Notes under the pieces: generated by a model
Seen by the model: only the letters and a program-made list of their open reading frames with translations
Told to the model about the DNA's origin: nothing
Databases searched by the model: none
Made by a program: the position numbers and the translations under genes
NCBI RefSeq assembly: GCF_030144855.1
Contig: NW_026779142.1
Span: 62,001-126,000, forward strand
Direction: 5' to 3'
Length of the DNA: 64,000 bases
From: Hypanus sabinus
Lineage: Eukaryota
Part shown: piece by piece, positions 38,084 through 48,913 of the stretch
Numbering within the stretch: position 1 is the first letter of the stretch
Layout: every line of letters begins with the position of its first letter

Positions 38084-38400
38084 NNNNNNNNNNNNNNNNN
38101 NNNNNNNNNNNNNNNNNNNNNNNNNNNNNNNNNNNNNNNNNNNNNNNNNNNNNNNNNNNNNNNNNNNNNNNNNNNNNNNNNNNNNNNNNNNNNNNNNNNN
38201 NNNNNNNNNNNNNNNNNNNNNNNNNNNNNNNNNNNNNNNNNNNNNNNNNNNNNNNNNNNNNNNNNNNNNNNNNNNNNNNNNNNNNNNNNNNNNNNNNNNN
38301 NNNNNNNNNNNNNNNNNNNNNNNNNNNNNNNNNNNNNNNNNNNNNNNNNNNNNNNNNNNNNNNNNNNNNNNNNNNNNNNNNNNNNNNNNNNNNNNNNNNN
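38084..38400. other. Assembly gap (N run)
   Basis: 317 N. Confidence 1.
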
Positions 38401-40636
38401 AACTGCTGGGGGATGGGTTGTATGTCCTGTGGTTTAGTATCATTGCAGCCCCATGGATCTGATTCAGCACTTGAGTGTGTTGAGAAGGCTTGGATGTTGA
38501 GTGAATCCTATAATCAGTACAGTCTCAGGTCCTGATGGAAAAATAAACTCTTATTTACTTCGATGTTTAAATCAGCCTGTATTTTGTTTACCATGAACTG
38601 GCCAGTGGCGGAGAGGGAGAAAAGTATCAGAAAGTGGTTTCTGTTTGTATTGTTTATTGTTTAATTGAACTGCTGAGGAACTATGAGGAAGTCATTACCA
38701 CAGTTTCCCTTTTCTCTCTTACCTGCTGTTCGCAGACAGTGTCGAGTTCGACTCTGCAGTAGTTCCCTTCCTCCACCAGCGACACCCAGTGGCCGATGTG
38801 TGCAACGTTTACAGAACTGCATCATCTTTACTCACCAGGGTTATTCCACCAGCCCCTCCTAATCTCTCACTCCCCACCCATCATCTGCTGCTCTGAGGCC
38901 GAAGGGCAGAAAAGAGAAGGAGAAGCCCCACTCGGAAAACCGTCTCCCGTGCCTTCACACTGGTGTGGTCCGAAGCAGGCAACTGCCTGCCTGACAGCAC
39001 TTTGCGAGCAACTTCCCCAATCGTGACTTTGCCAGTGATTCCTGAGATTCTGTTTTACTGCATAGATCTCTGTCATTAACCGAGGCGCCAATGGACCCTC
39101 GGCTGGGAACCCGTGAGCGATATCCGGGCGGCTTCCAACACCCCGGAGAGGATAACACAGGATTAACCGAACTCTCTCCAACGCACACGGTCCTCCGATC
39201 GAGGCAGCATCCTGGTGAACTTCCTCGGCGCCCACTCCAATGCTCCAGAACGCTCCGGTTCCAAACAATTTTCAAACTCCACCCCCACATCTCGTCATCA
39301 CTCTGCGTCTGTCCAGTCTGATCTGTGTTTCACAACTGTGAACAGTCAATATATTCTTGTCGGTCAGTGTGGAAATAAAACAACCGGAGAGCGTTGTAAA
39401 CTGAGGAAACAACACAAAACAGAGGACATAGACAGAGAAATCTCCAGCGCACCACAGGCCTTTCGGCCCACAATACTGAGGCGACCACGTGACCTACTCT
39501 AGAAACGGCCGAGAATTTCCCTACCGCATCGCCCTCTATTCTTCTGTGATCCGTGAACCTACCAAAGAGTGTCTTAAAATATCCTAGTGTATCTGACTCC
39601 ATCACCGTCGCTGGCAGTGCGTTCCGTTCATTCGCTTGGATGGGTACTGTCTCCGTCTCTGAGATTCCAGACCCTCTCTGAAACCTCAACCAACATTTTC
39701 ACCCCCTTCCTATCTCTGCAAAGATCCGACTGCCAAAATTAAGGGTAATCAGGACAGAGGAAGGAGAAGAAGATCGGCTGTGGTGGGGGAGGGGGGTGGT
39801 TGGAGGGAGAGCAAGATTGGTATCTGATGCACAGAGCGTGAACGGTCCAGCAAATGATGCGGTTAATCATCCAGGGACAGGATGTCACCTCCAGAGCCCA
39901 CAGCGCCTGCCAATTCAAAGGAGAAAAGGCGATTAAACATCACTTTTGCCCCAAAGTTAAATTTTGGACTCTGTGGAGAGACGGTAGTCTTCACCGCCAC
40001 CCACTCCCTTCATGAAAGATGGAGGAGGCGTTGCACGGTTTACCCTGCAAAACATTCTTATTCTGAATGAAGATTGTTTTCAGCCCATTCCCCTGCTTGC
40101 TCCTGGACTCTCTGGAATTGCCTGCAGGGCCCCGGGCTGGTGACCCTGCTGCGTCACGGGGGCCGGACTAGATTCAGGCACTGCTCGCTAGCAAGGTTTG
40201 AACAACAACCCGGTCACCGCTGACGTCACCATGACGGGCCTTTCAGTCTGACCGACCGACTTCGTCTCACTCCACATTCTTATTCTGGTCACTTTTCCCC
40301 ATCCTTTCTAGTCCTGGTGAAGGGTCTCGCACCACAGCGGTGATCGTCCACAGGTGATGCTGGACCTGCCGAGTTCCTCCAGCGTAGTGTGTTTGATCCT
40401 CCTGCAGGGCGCTGTGCGTTCGGACGAATAACTTTCGGATTAATTGAGAAGTGGATTCGAAATTTACAGCGATCCCGGAGGAGGTTCATCTGGCAGCATT
40501 CATGTGCGGCAAACCAAGTCGCTGATTGTACTTAATCCATCGGGTTAACAGCACGTTCGAAATGATATATTTGACCGTGTGGGTGGGACGTCTGCCGTGC
40601 AACTCCCGTGTACCGGGTTCAATCCGAACATCCGGG

Positions 40637-40644
40637 GTGTGTGT

Positions 40645-40715
<71 letters not shown>
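40637..40715. repeat. (GT)n microsatellite
   Basis: About 39 GT units with one interruption. Confidence 0.97.
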
Positions 40716-40718
<3 letters not shown>

Positions 40719-41649
40719 ATGTCTGTGGCATACACGTGCATGTGAACCTTGCTGGGGGATGAATTGTCTGACCTCTAGTTTAATATTTATTACATTCACA
40801 CGGAACTGATTCAATGCTTGAGAGTGGGTTGAGATGGGCCTGGGCGTGGTGTGAATAATGTACTTAGTAAAAGCTCCAGCCACGATGGGAAAACAAGCTA
40901 TTATTTCCATCGATGTGCAAAACTGTCTGTATTTTACTCACCATGACCTGGAAGGCGGGGAAGTGATCGATGGAGGAGGAACTGGGTTGTTTTGAGAGTA
41001 TTGCTGGTGTTTTGAAGGATGAACAGCTCTGATGGGCAGAAGGGTGCAGAGTTGCCCATGTCCCCCCTCCCCCCCGCCCCGGGAGAATCACAAACCGTTA
41101 CTGTTGCTATGCTGCTCATGAGAGAGAGAGATGTAAGAGAAAACATGCAAGAACATCTGCTGCAGATAAGAGAGAGATAAGAGAGGGGAGTGAGACTTGT
41201 TGATTCACCATATTATGATTTCAGAGAGACTTACGGCTTTTGAGAGGGTTATTTATCTTACACCATTCTGATCATTAAAATTCCTCAATGGACAGCCGGA
41301 GTGGGCTGGTTTGATGGACACAGCCATTCAAAATTAATTGACTACTGAGACCCCGTGAGTATGGATAAAAGTGAGGTCTGGGGAGACACCCGTCAGACAC
41401 ACCAGATGAGCACTGATTGAGTGTTGGAACCCACGGGAAGGTGTTTGGCATCGGAGACTGAACAAAGAGATCGGTCAGTTGAACTCACAGTGTGATAGCA
41501 GGGCCGGTGTGGGCTCGTGTGTGTGTCCACTCATGCCAGAGTGACGAGTCCACCACAGAAGAACGGTCTAGCTGAAGTAAAGAGGGGTCACAACTGAATG
41601 GCCACCACATCGACGAAACGACGGATCAAGAACGTAAAGGAAGGTTTGC

Positions 41650-41891
41650 NNNNNNNNNNNNNNNNNNNNNNNNNNNNNNNNNNNNNNNNNNNNNNNNNNN
41701 NNNNNNNNNNNNNNNNNNNNNNNNNNNNNNNNNNNNNNNNNNNNNNNNNNNNNNNNNNNNNNNNNNNNNNNNNNNNNNNNNNNNNNNNNNNNNNNNNNNN
41801 NNNNNNNNNNNNNNNNNNNNNNNNNNNNNNNNNNNNNNNNNNNNNNNNNNNNNNNNNNNNNNNNNNNNNNNNNNNNNNNNNNNNNNNNNNN
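41650..41891. other. Assembly gap inside the 5' LTR
   Basis: 242 N. Confidence 1.
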
Positions 41892-42173
41892 AACCAATAT
41901 CTAACTCAGCAGGTATGAACGGAACTGAACTTTATACTTATATATGACAATTCATTATCCCCTGGACATCGATAGAGCTTGATTATTATTACTTATTATT
42001 ATTCCTACATTTTTAGGTTTATTACTGCTAACATGTATTATCTATATATTTGCGTTATTGATAGTAATTTGCTTATTTTATTAATAAACACTTTTGAATA
42101 TAGTACGACCAGACTCCAACGGATTCTTCTTTCTCTGCTGGTTAGACACCCAGTTAAGGGGTACGTAACAAAT

Positions 42174-42191
42174 TGGGGGCTCCTCCGGCAT
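42174..42191 (+). other. Primer-binding site, tRNA-Pro type
   Basis: tgggggctcctccggcat matches PBS-Pro TGGGGGCTCGTCCGGGAT at 16/18 and begins 4 nt after the LTR end. Confidence 0.8.
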
Positions 42192-42287
42192 TTTATTACT
42201 AAATTGGGGAGGGGGTGCAGTGAATCGGGGCTAAAAGTCCCTTATCTTATCTGGTTGCGTGGTTAACCAGACGGGAAGCCAGCAGAG

Positions 42288-43549
42288 ATGGAAATAGACA
42301 AAATTATAGAAAAGCCGACTTTGAAGGCGCTAGATGATGCATAAAAGGCAGACTTGGTGAATGTTACGAAACGATTACATCTCCCAGAGGTGAAGTCGTC
42401 AATGAGAAAGTGGGAGATACAGAAGGCCATAGACCATCATTGTGTATCCGAGGCTGTGTTCACGTCTGAGTTATTGGATCTGTTTCCTGAGAGGAAACCA
42501 GTTGATGGGGCGGCTCAGTTAGAGATTAAAAAATTAAGGTTGGATGCAGAAAAGAAGAAAATGGAGGATGAGATCCAGCTAAAGGAGTTGGCGAAAAGGG
42601 AGAAAGAAAGAGCTGAGTTGGAGGCACGGAAGGAAGAGGAAGAGCTGAGTTGGCTCAGAAGGAGAGGCAGAGGCAACATGAACTTCGAATGAAATAGATG
42701 GAAGCAGACAGGGAAATTGAAAGGAAGAAGCTGGAGTGGGAGGAGGCAGAGAAACAACGGCAGTTCGGGAGGGAGAGATGGCAACATATGGGCAGCGGGG
42801 CAGACCGGGAGGAGAAGTTTAATGTTGGTAGGGAGTTTAGGTTAGTACATCCGTTCGGGAAGACGGATGTTGATAGGTACTTCTTGCATTTTGAAAAGGT
42901 GGCAGTGAATCAGAAGTGGCTCAGAGATAAGTGGGTGGCGTTGTTACAAAGTGTATTAAACGGGAAGTTTCAACGGGCATATGCGGCGTTCTCTGAGGGG
43001 GCTGCAGAGGGTTATGAGGAAGTAAAACAGGCTATCCTTCGGGCCTATGGGCTGGTACCTGAAGCGTATAGACAAAAGTTCAGGGATTTAAAGAAACAGT
43101 GGAATCAGAAGTTTACAGAGTTTGCATACGAGAAGGGTGTGCTCTTGGGTCGTTGGTGCGCTGCAGAGATGGTGGAGGAGGATTTCTATCGCTTAAGAGA
43201 GTTAATTCTGATCGAAGAATTTAAAGGTTGTGTTTCGGATAATATCCGGCCATATCTGAACGAGAAGTCGAATAAGTCTATATCGGAATTTGTCAGGTTA
43301 GCAGATCAATATGCCCTAACCCACAAGACAAAGTTTCCCCCAAATAAGAGTTACCAGAAAGGCAGTAGAGACGGTAGAGAAAGCCCAGCGGCTAAGGTAG
43401 AGAATAAGCAGGGAGGTAGTGGTAAAGATAAGGAGGAGGACAAGCAAGCTCGCAGGAGGGTTCCTGGCTTGACCTGTTATAATTGTGGAAAGGTTGGTCA
43501 TATTGCATCTAAGTGCTTTGCTCCGAAGAAGGAGACGGGAAAAGGGTAA
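42288..43549 (+). pseudogene. gag with SCAN-like capsid domain and zinc knuckle (disrupted 5' part; open 42698-43549)
   Basis: VKQAILRAYGLVPEAYRQKFRDL...RWC...LRELILIEEFK (SCAN-related) and CYNCGKVGHIASKC. Confidence 0.85.
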
Positions 43550-44379
43550 ACGGCAGTCCCTACAGGGTGTATTGAGTCGATCAGCAAGTCGACAAGGAAG
43601 GCAAATGTCGATAGAGTACGAGAGGGCCGTCAGAAATTTATTTCGGAAGGGACGGTGTCTGTGAAAGAGGGAGAAACCCCAGTTCCAGTGAGAATCTGGA
43701 GGGATACTGGGGCTGACCAGTCATTGATCCTAAGTAAGGTGCTGGATTTCGGTCCCGAAACTGGAGAGGTGGTATTAAGAGACATAGGAATCTGTACCTT
43801 TGCACAGGATCATTTAAAGTGAGACCTGTTATCTGGACCAGTCGAAGTCGGGGTGCGTTGAGAATTACCGAGAGACGGCGTGGACGTCCTTCTTGGTAAT
43901 GATTTAACAGGTGGTGACGTGTGTTCAGCAGTGAAGCTGACAAGCAAGCCAGTGAGTGCTGAGGACCCGGCCCTAGATTCTAAGATCTATCCCGCATGCG
44001 CAATCACTCGCAGCATGTCGAGAAAGGCGGCTGAGAAAGAGGACAGTTTAAATGAGTCCACTGTTGATTTGGCTGAGACGTTTTTACCGACTCTGTACCA
44101 AGAGGGGTTGTGGGATGGTAAAGCGGAGAATAGGGAGGTGAAAGAGAGGAAAGGAGAGGATGTAGACTTAGCCTTAGAAAGGAGAGAATTTATAAAAGAG
44201 CAGGGACGTGACGAGGAGCTTGTGGCATTGAGAGAGTCAGTTCTTTCTGAGTCAGAACTGGATAAAGAACCAGAGGGTGACTACCTGAAGGACGGAGTGT
44301 TGATGAGGAAGTGGAGGCCGACCACGGTGCCAGTCGATGAGGACTGGGCGGTGGTACACCAGGTGATGGTTCCGTAGGT

Positions 44380-45110
44380 GTATCGGGATGAAATTTTAAA
44401 CCTGGCTCACAAGGAACCTCTGGGTGACATTTGGGAGTAAGGAAGACAGTGCATAGGGTTATGAAAGATTTTTACTGGCCAAATATGAGGAAGGAGATAG
44501 CTGACTATTGTAAAAGGTGCCATACGTGTCAGGTGGTAGGAAAGCCAAACTGGTTATCCCAAAGTCTCCTTTCAGACCGTTACCCGCTTTTGAGGAGCCC
44601 TTTTCCCGAATCATTGTGGATTTTGTGGGTCCTTTGCTAGAACTGCGAGTGGGCGGCAGTACGTCATGACAATGATGTGTGCTGCTACACGATTTCCAGA
44701 GGCTGTGCCCCTGGGGAACATTAGGACGCCTGCGGTGGTGAAGGCCCTCATTAAATTCTTCACCACAGTTGGGCTACCTAAGGAAGTACAGTCGGATCAG
44801 GGGAGTACATTTAGATCCAGAGCATTTCAGCAAATGTTGACACAGATGGGAGTTAAACAAATTTTAGCCTCTTCATACCATCCGGAATCTCAAGGAGCGT
44901 TGGAAAGATTCCACGCTACTTTGAAGACCATGATCAAAACTTACTGTCAGGAAAACACTGGAGACTGGGATGATGCATTACCACTTCTGTTATTTGCAGT
45001 GAGGGATCCGGTTCAGGAATCTCTGGGGTTCAGTCCGTTTGAGCTTGTTTTTGGTCGCAGGCCCAGAGGACCTTTAACCCTACTTAAAGAGAAATGGTCT
45101 AGTCCGAAAG
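44380..45110 (+). pseudogene. Integrase (HHCC and DDE core), frameshifted
   Basis: LAH..., FYWPNMRKEIADYCKRCHTCQ, VDFVGP, TRFPEAVPL, GLPKEVQSDQGS and YHPESQGALERFHATLK. Confidence 0.88.
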
Positions 45111-45217
45111 CTTGTGGTGCGTTCCTTTAACGGACAGGGCTCGAGAATGTTGTCACCCCATCCGGGTTCTATGAATACAATGTGTTCCCGTTTGGAATGA
45201 AAAATGCCCCGGGGACC

Positions 45218-45579
45218 TTTCAGAGAATGATCGTTGCAGTGATTAGAGAGTTACCAAATACAAGGGCTTATATTGACGATGTGGTGGTTTGGAGTGACAC
45301 CTGGGACATTTCAGAGAATGATCGTTGCAGTGATTAGAGAGTTACCAAACACAAGGGCTTATATTGACGATGTGGTGGTTTGGAGTGACACTTGGGACAT
45401 TTCAGAGAATGATCGTTGCAGTGATTAGAGAGTTACCAAACACAAGGGCTTATATTGACGATGTGGTGGTTTGGAGTGACACTTGGGACATTTCAGAGAA
45501 TGCTCGTTGCAGTGATTAGAGAGTTACCAAATACAAGGGCTTATATTGACGATGTGGTGGTTTGCTGTGACACTCGGGA
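45218..45579 (+). repeat. 91-bp tandem repeat x4 of the RT catalytic segment
   Basis: tttcagagaatgatcgttgc starts at 45218, 45309, 45400 and 45491. Each unit encodes FQRM...AYIDDVVV. Confidence 0.95.
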
Positions 45580-45594
45580 TGAGCACCTGACGTT

Positions 45595-45975
45595 TTGAAA
45601 CCTTTCTCCCTGGCGACCGATGCAAGTGATGAGGCTGCAGGGGCAGTCCTACTGCAGAAAGCAGGGGATGGAGTGGATCACCCGGTAACGTATTTTTCTC
45701 GAAAGTTCAATGTGCACCAGAGAAATTACTCTACTGTGGAAAAAGAATTGTTAGCACTTATCTTGGCGATACATTATTTTGAGGTCTATATTTGTTCAGC
45801 ACAGCGGCCAGTAATTGTTTATACTGATCATAACCCCTTGGTATTTTTGGCTAACATGAAAAACAAAAATAGGAGGTTACAAAGTTGGAGTCTGTTTCTA
45901 CAGGAATTCGATATTAAAATGAAACATATTAAGGGGTGTGACTATATAATTGCTGACAGTTTGTCTCGATGCTAA
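45595..45975 (+). pseudogene. RNase H domain of pol
   Basis: ATDASDEAAGAVLLQ, YFSRKF..HQRNYSTVEKELLA, VYTDHNPL and IADSLSRC*. Confidence 0.9.
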
Positions 45976-48408
45976 GTTGAATGTGTATCTGTATTATTTT
46001 TGTAGTTAAGACCACTATCGTATTCTGTTAAACTCCGTAATTCTGCAATATGCTGTATTCGTTAATTTTCACCTAAAATTCCCAGAAGGATGGGGGTGTT
46101 ATGAAGGATGAACAGTTCTGATGGACAATAGGGTGCAGGGTTGCCCATATCTCCCCTTTGAGTATCACAAACCATTACTGTTGCTATGCTGCTCATGAGA
46201 GAGAGAGATGAAAAGAAAACCTGCAAGAACATCTGCTACAGATAAGAGAGGGGAGAGAGACTTGTTGTTTTACCGTATTATGACTTCTGCGAGGGTTATT
46301 TATCTTATACCATTCTGTTCATTAACATTCCTCAGTGGACTGCCAGTGTGGGCTGGTTTGATGGACACAGCCATTTAAAATTGATTGATAGCTGAGACCC
46401 CGTGAGTAGGGATAAAAATCAGGTCTGGAGAGGCACCCTTCAGACGCACCAGGAGACACACCAGTGGACACTGATTGAGTGTTGGAACCCATGGGAAGGT
46501 GTGGGGCATCAGAGACCGAACAAGGAGATCTGTCCGTAAAACTCACAGTGTTATAGCAGGGCCGGTGGGGACGTGTGTGATTCCACTCATGCCAGAGTGA
46601 CGAGTCCACCGCAGAAGAACGGTTTCGCTGAATGACAGAGGGGACGTAACTGAATCGCCTCAACGATACGACGGATCAAGAACGCAAAGGAAGGTTTGAC
46701 AGCTGTAGCTGTTACTTCTCGCTCGCTCTCTCTCCAACGATTACAACACAACAATCATATCTAACTCAGCACTCATCAACTGAACTGAACTTTGTACTTT
46801 TCTATGACAAATTCATTTACCCCCTTGATATCGATAGAGCTTGTTTATTATTATTGCTTATTATTATTCCCACATTTTTAGGTTTATTATTGCTAACTTG
46901 TGTTATCTATATATTTGCATTATTGGTATTTATTTTGCTTATTTTACTAATAAACATTTTTGAATATAGTACCACCAGACTCCAACGGATTCTTCTTTCT
47001 CTGCTGGTCAGACACTCAGTTACGGGGTACGTAACATAACAATCTTCTATTTCCTTGTGGGTATATTTCCAAGTAGTTGTTTCTACCTTCATTCCGAACA
47101 ACGAGCAGGGGAATACTTGGCTGGTTTAGGAGTTGAGGGTTAGTTCCTGATCAAAGGTCTCGGCCCGACACGTCAACTGTCTGGTATTCTGTATTTCTTC
47201 AGAGTTTCCCGTGTGTTGCTTTGGGTTTCAGCATCAGCATTTCTTCTTAAGTACAGGAAGAGCCCGTTGTTTTTCTGTGAAACTCGGAGCTCATTATCTC
47301 CGTGCTAGCATCCGCCCTGTATGTTGGATAGATTCCAACACCCACGCATGGTTCAGAACAGGGTGCGTCCTTTCCGCTGAAATCAAGTTCAACCAGTTGG
47401 ACAGTCGCCGCTCACTTGCAGCTGTGAACAAAGATTTTTAAATAAAGATTTTACAATAATTTTTAAATAACTTTTATCAGTGGTGATACCTTTGACAGAA
47501 GTTGAAGCTCCACTCGCAGTCTTTACCTTTCATCTGCAAGGAGTGTGTCAGGACAGAGCTATTGTGCTGCTTCATCTGAGTATTAATCACTTCTGAGAGC
47601 TCGCTAACCGAACCATTTTAGAATTTCAACTTTATACTTTTACAAAACGCAGCCAAGTTGTATCCAGTAATCAAATACAATCACAAAAGATTCAGCAGGT
47701 GCTGCAAATCTTGAGCAGTACACATAAAATACTGGAGGAACTCTGCAAGTCAGGCAGCTTTTGTGAAATGGAATCAACAGTGTACGCTTTGGGCCAAGAC
47801 CCTTCATCAGGACTGGGAAAAAACGGGCAGAATAATTTTATTCAGCAAGTCGGATCAGTACCCTCTCTAACTATAACGAATTGCTTAAACTATTCTATGT
47901 ATAGATCCTTATCTCAGCTGGTTGCTACATATGATTATTCTTGGAATTGTCAGTTTGACTGGAAGGACTTGTTGAATTTGACTGAATGGGATGATGACTC
48001 TTCTGTCTAATCAGGTCAGCTCTTGTTCTGAGTGTAGTAGCAATGTTCATACCTCCTTACCTTTATTCCCATTGACCACCAAAACAATGTTCTCCTAATT
48101 GGTCATGCTTGCTCATTGTTTTCTTGTTCCATAGGCCTTGGTTCCAATGTCTTGGATAATCTCATGCAAGATTTATTAGACGACTGTTCTCTTGCATATT
48201 CTAAATCGTTTTTCAGTTGCTAAAATAAAGTACAAATCAATACTAGGATCTAGTCTAATGGTTTTCAGCAATTGCAAGTTGTACTTTGAAAGAAAGGGTT
48301 ATTTTTCTGTTCAGTTTGTTGAGGCCAAGAGAATAATTCCATAAATCACCTACCTCAATGATGCAGGAGCATATGGAAATCAGTCCTCCGGAAACGACCC
48401 CTTTGAAG

Positions 48409-48665
48409 GGGGCAGAACGATAGTATAGCTGTTAGTGTAACACTGTTACAGCCACAGTGACCCTGTTTCGATTCTGCCACTCTCTTTAAATAATTTGTAT
48501 TCTTTCCCACTGACCACGTGAATTTTTCTGGGTGCTCCAGTTTCCTCCCACATTCCAAAGATGTTCGAGTTAGTAGGTTAATTGGTCACATGGTTGCAAT
48601 TGGGAGACACAGACTCATTAGGCCGAAAGGCCTATTACCATGCTGTATCTCCAAATGAATATAAG
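48409..48665 (+). mobile_element. tRNA-derived V-SINE (HE1-like), degenerate
   Basis: tRNA-like head (tagtatagctgttag...tttcgattct), V-domain-like gggtgctccagtttcctcccacattccaaaga, and CR1-like tail ggccgaaaggcctattaccatgctgtatctc. Confidence 0.7.
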
Positions 48666-48913
48666 TAAGTGCAGATGGGCAAACCCAGCAAGATCTGGCC
48701 ATTCATAAAATGTTAACAATCAATAATGGCTTGAGAAGAGATGCAAAATACATCTACTGTTTGGCATGTTCAAAAGAATAATCAACACATTGTCAAGTTG
48801 TACTGTTCTCCTACATACCACGCTCAAGATAGTCTCTGAAAATAGTTCCTCCATTTGCAATGATGGTGCAGTTCATTAACACAACAACAGCAGAGATTAA
48901 ATTGCATAATGTT

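Larger units (their letters stand above)
41008..47036 (+). mobile_element. Gmr1-like Gypsy LTR retrotransposon, two LTRs, internally deleted
   Basis: TG...CA LTRs at 41008-42170 and 46097-47036; PBS; gag with CCHC knuckle; protease-like RDTGADQS; integrase before RT (YIDD) and RNase H; PPT agaaggatggggg at 46084-46096. Confidence 0.93.

Noticed and set aside
37938-38535. ORFs spanning poly-X (also 41568-41918)
   Set aside because: They are open only because they cross N gaps.
38718-38800. Minus-strand segment HWVSLVEEGNYCRVELDTVCEQQ|GTAAGA, faintly Ig-like
   Set aside because: Good donor, but no acceptor or recognisable domain.
40936-40965. Minus-strand ATG|GTGAGT, a possible first coding exon next to the LTR
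   Set aside because: A single motif with no downstream exons identified.
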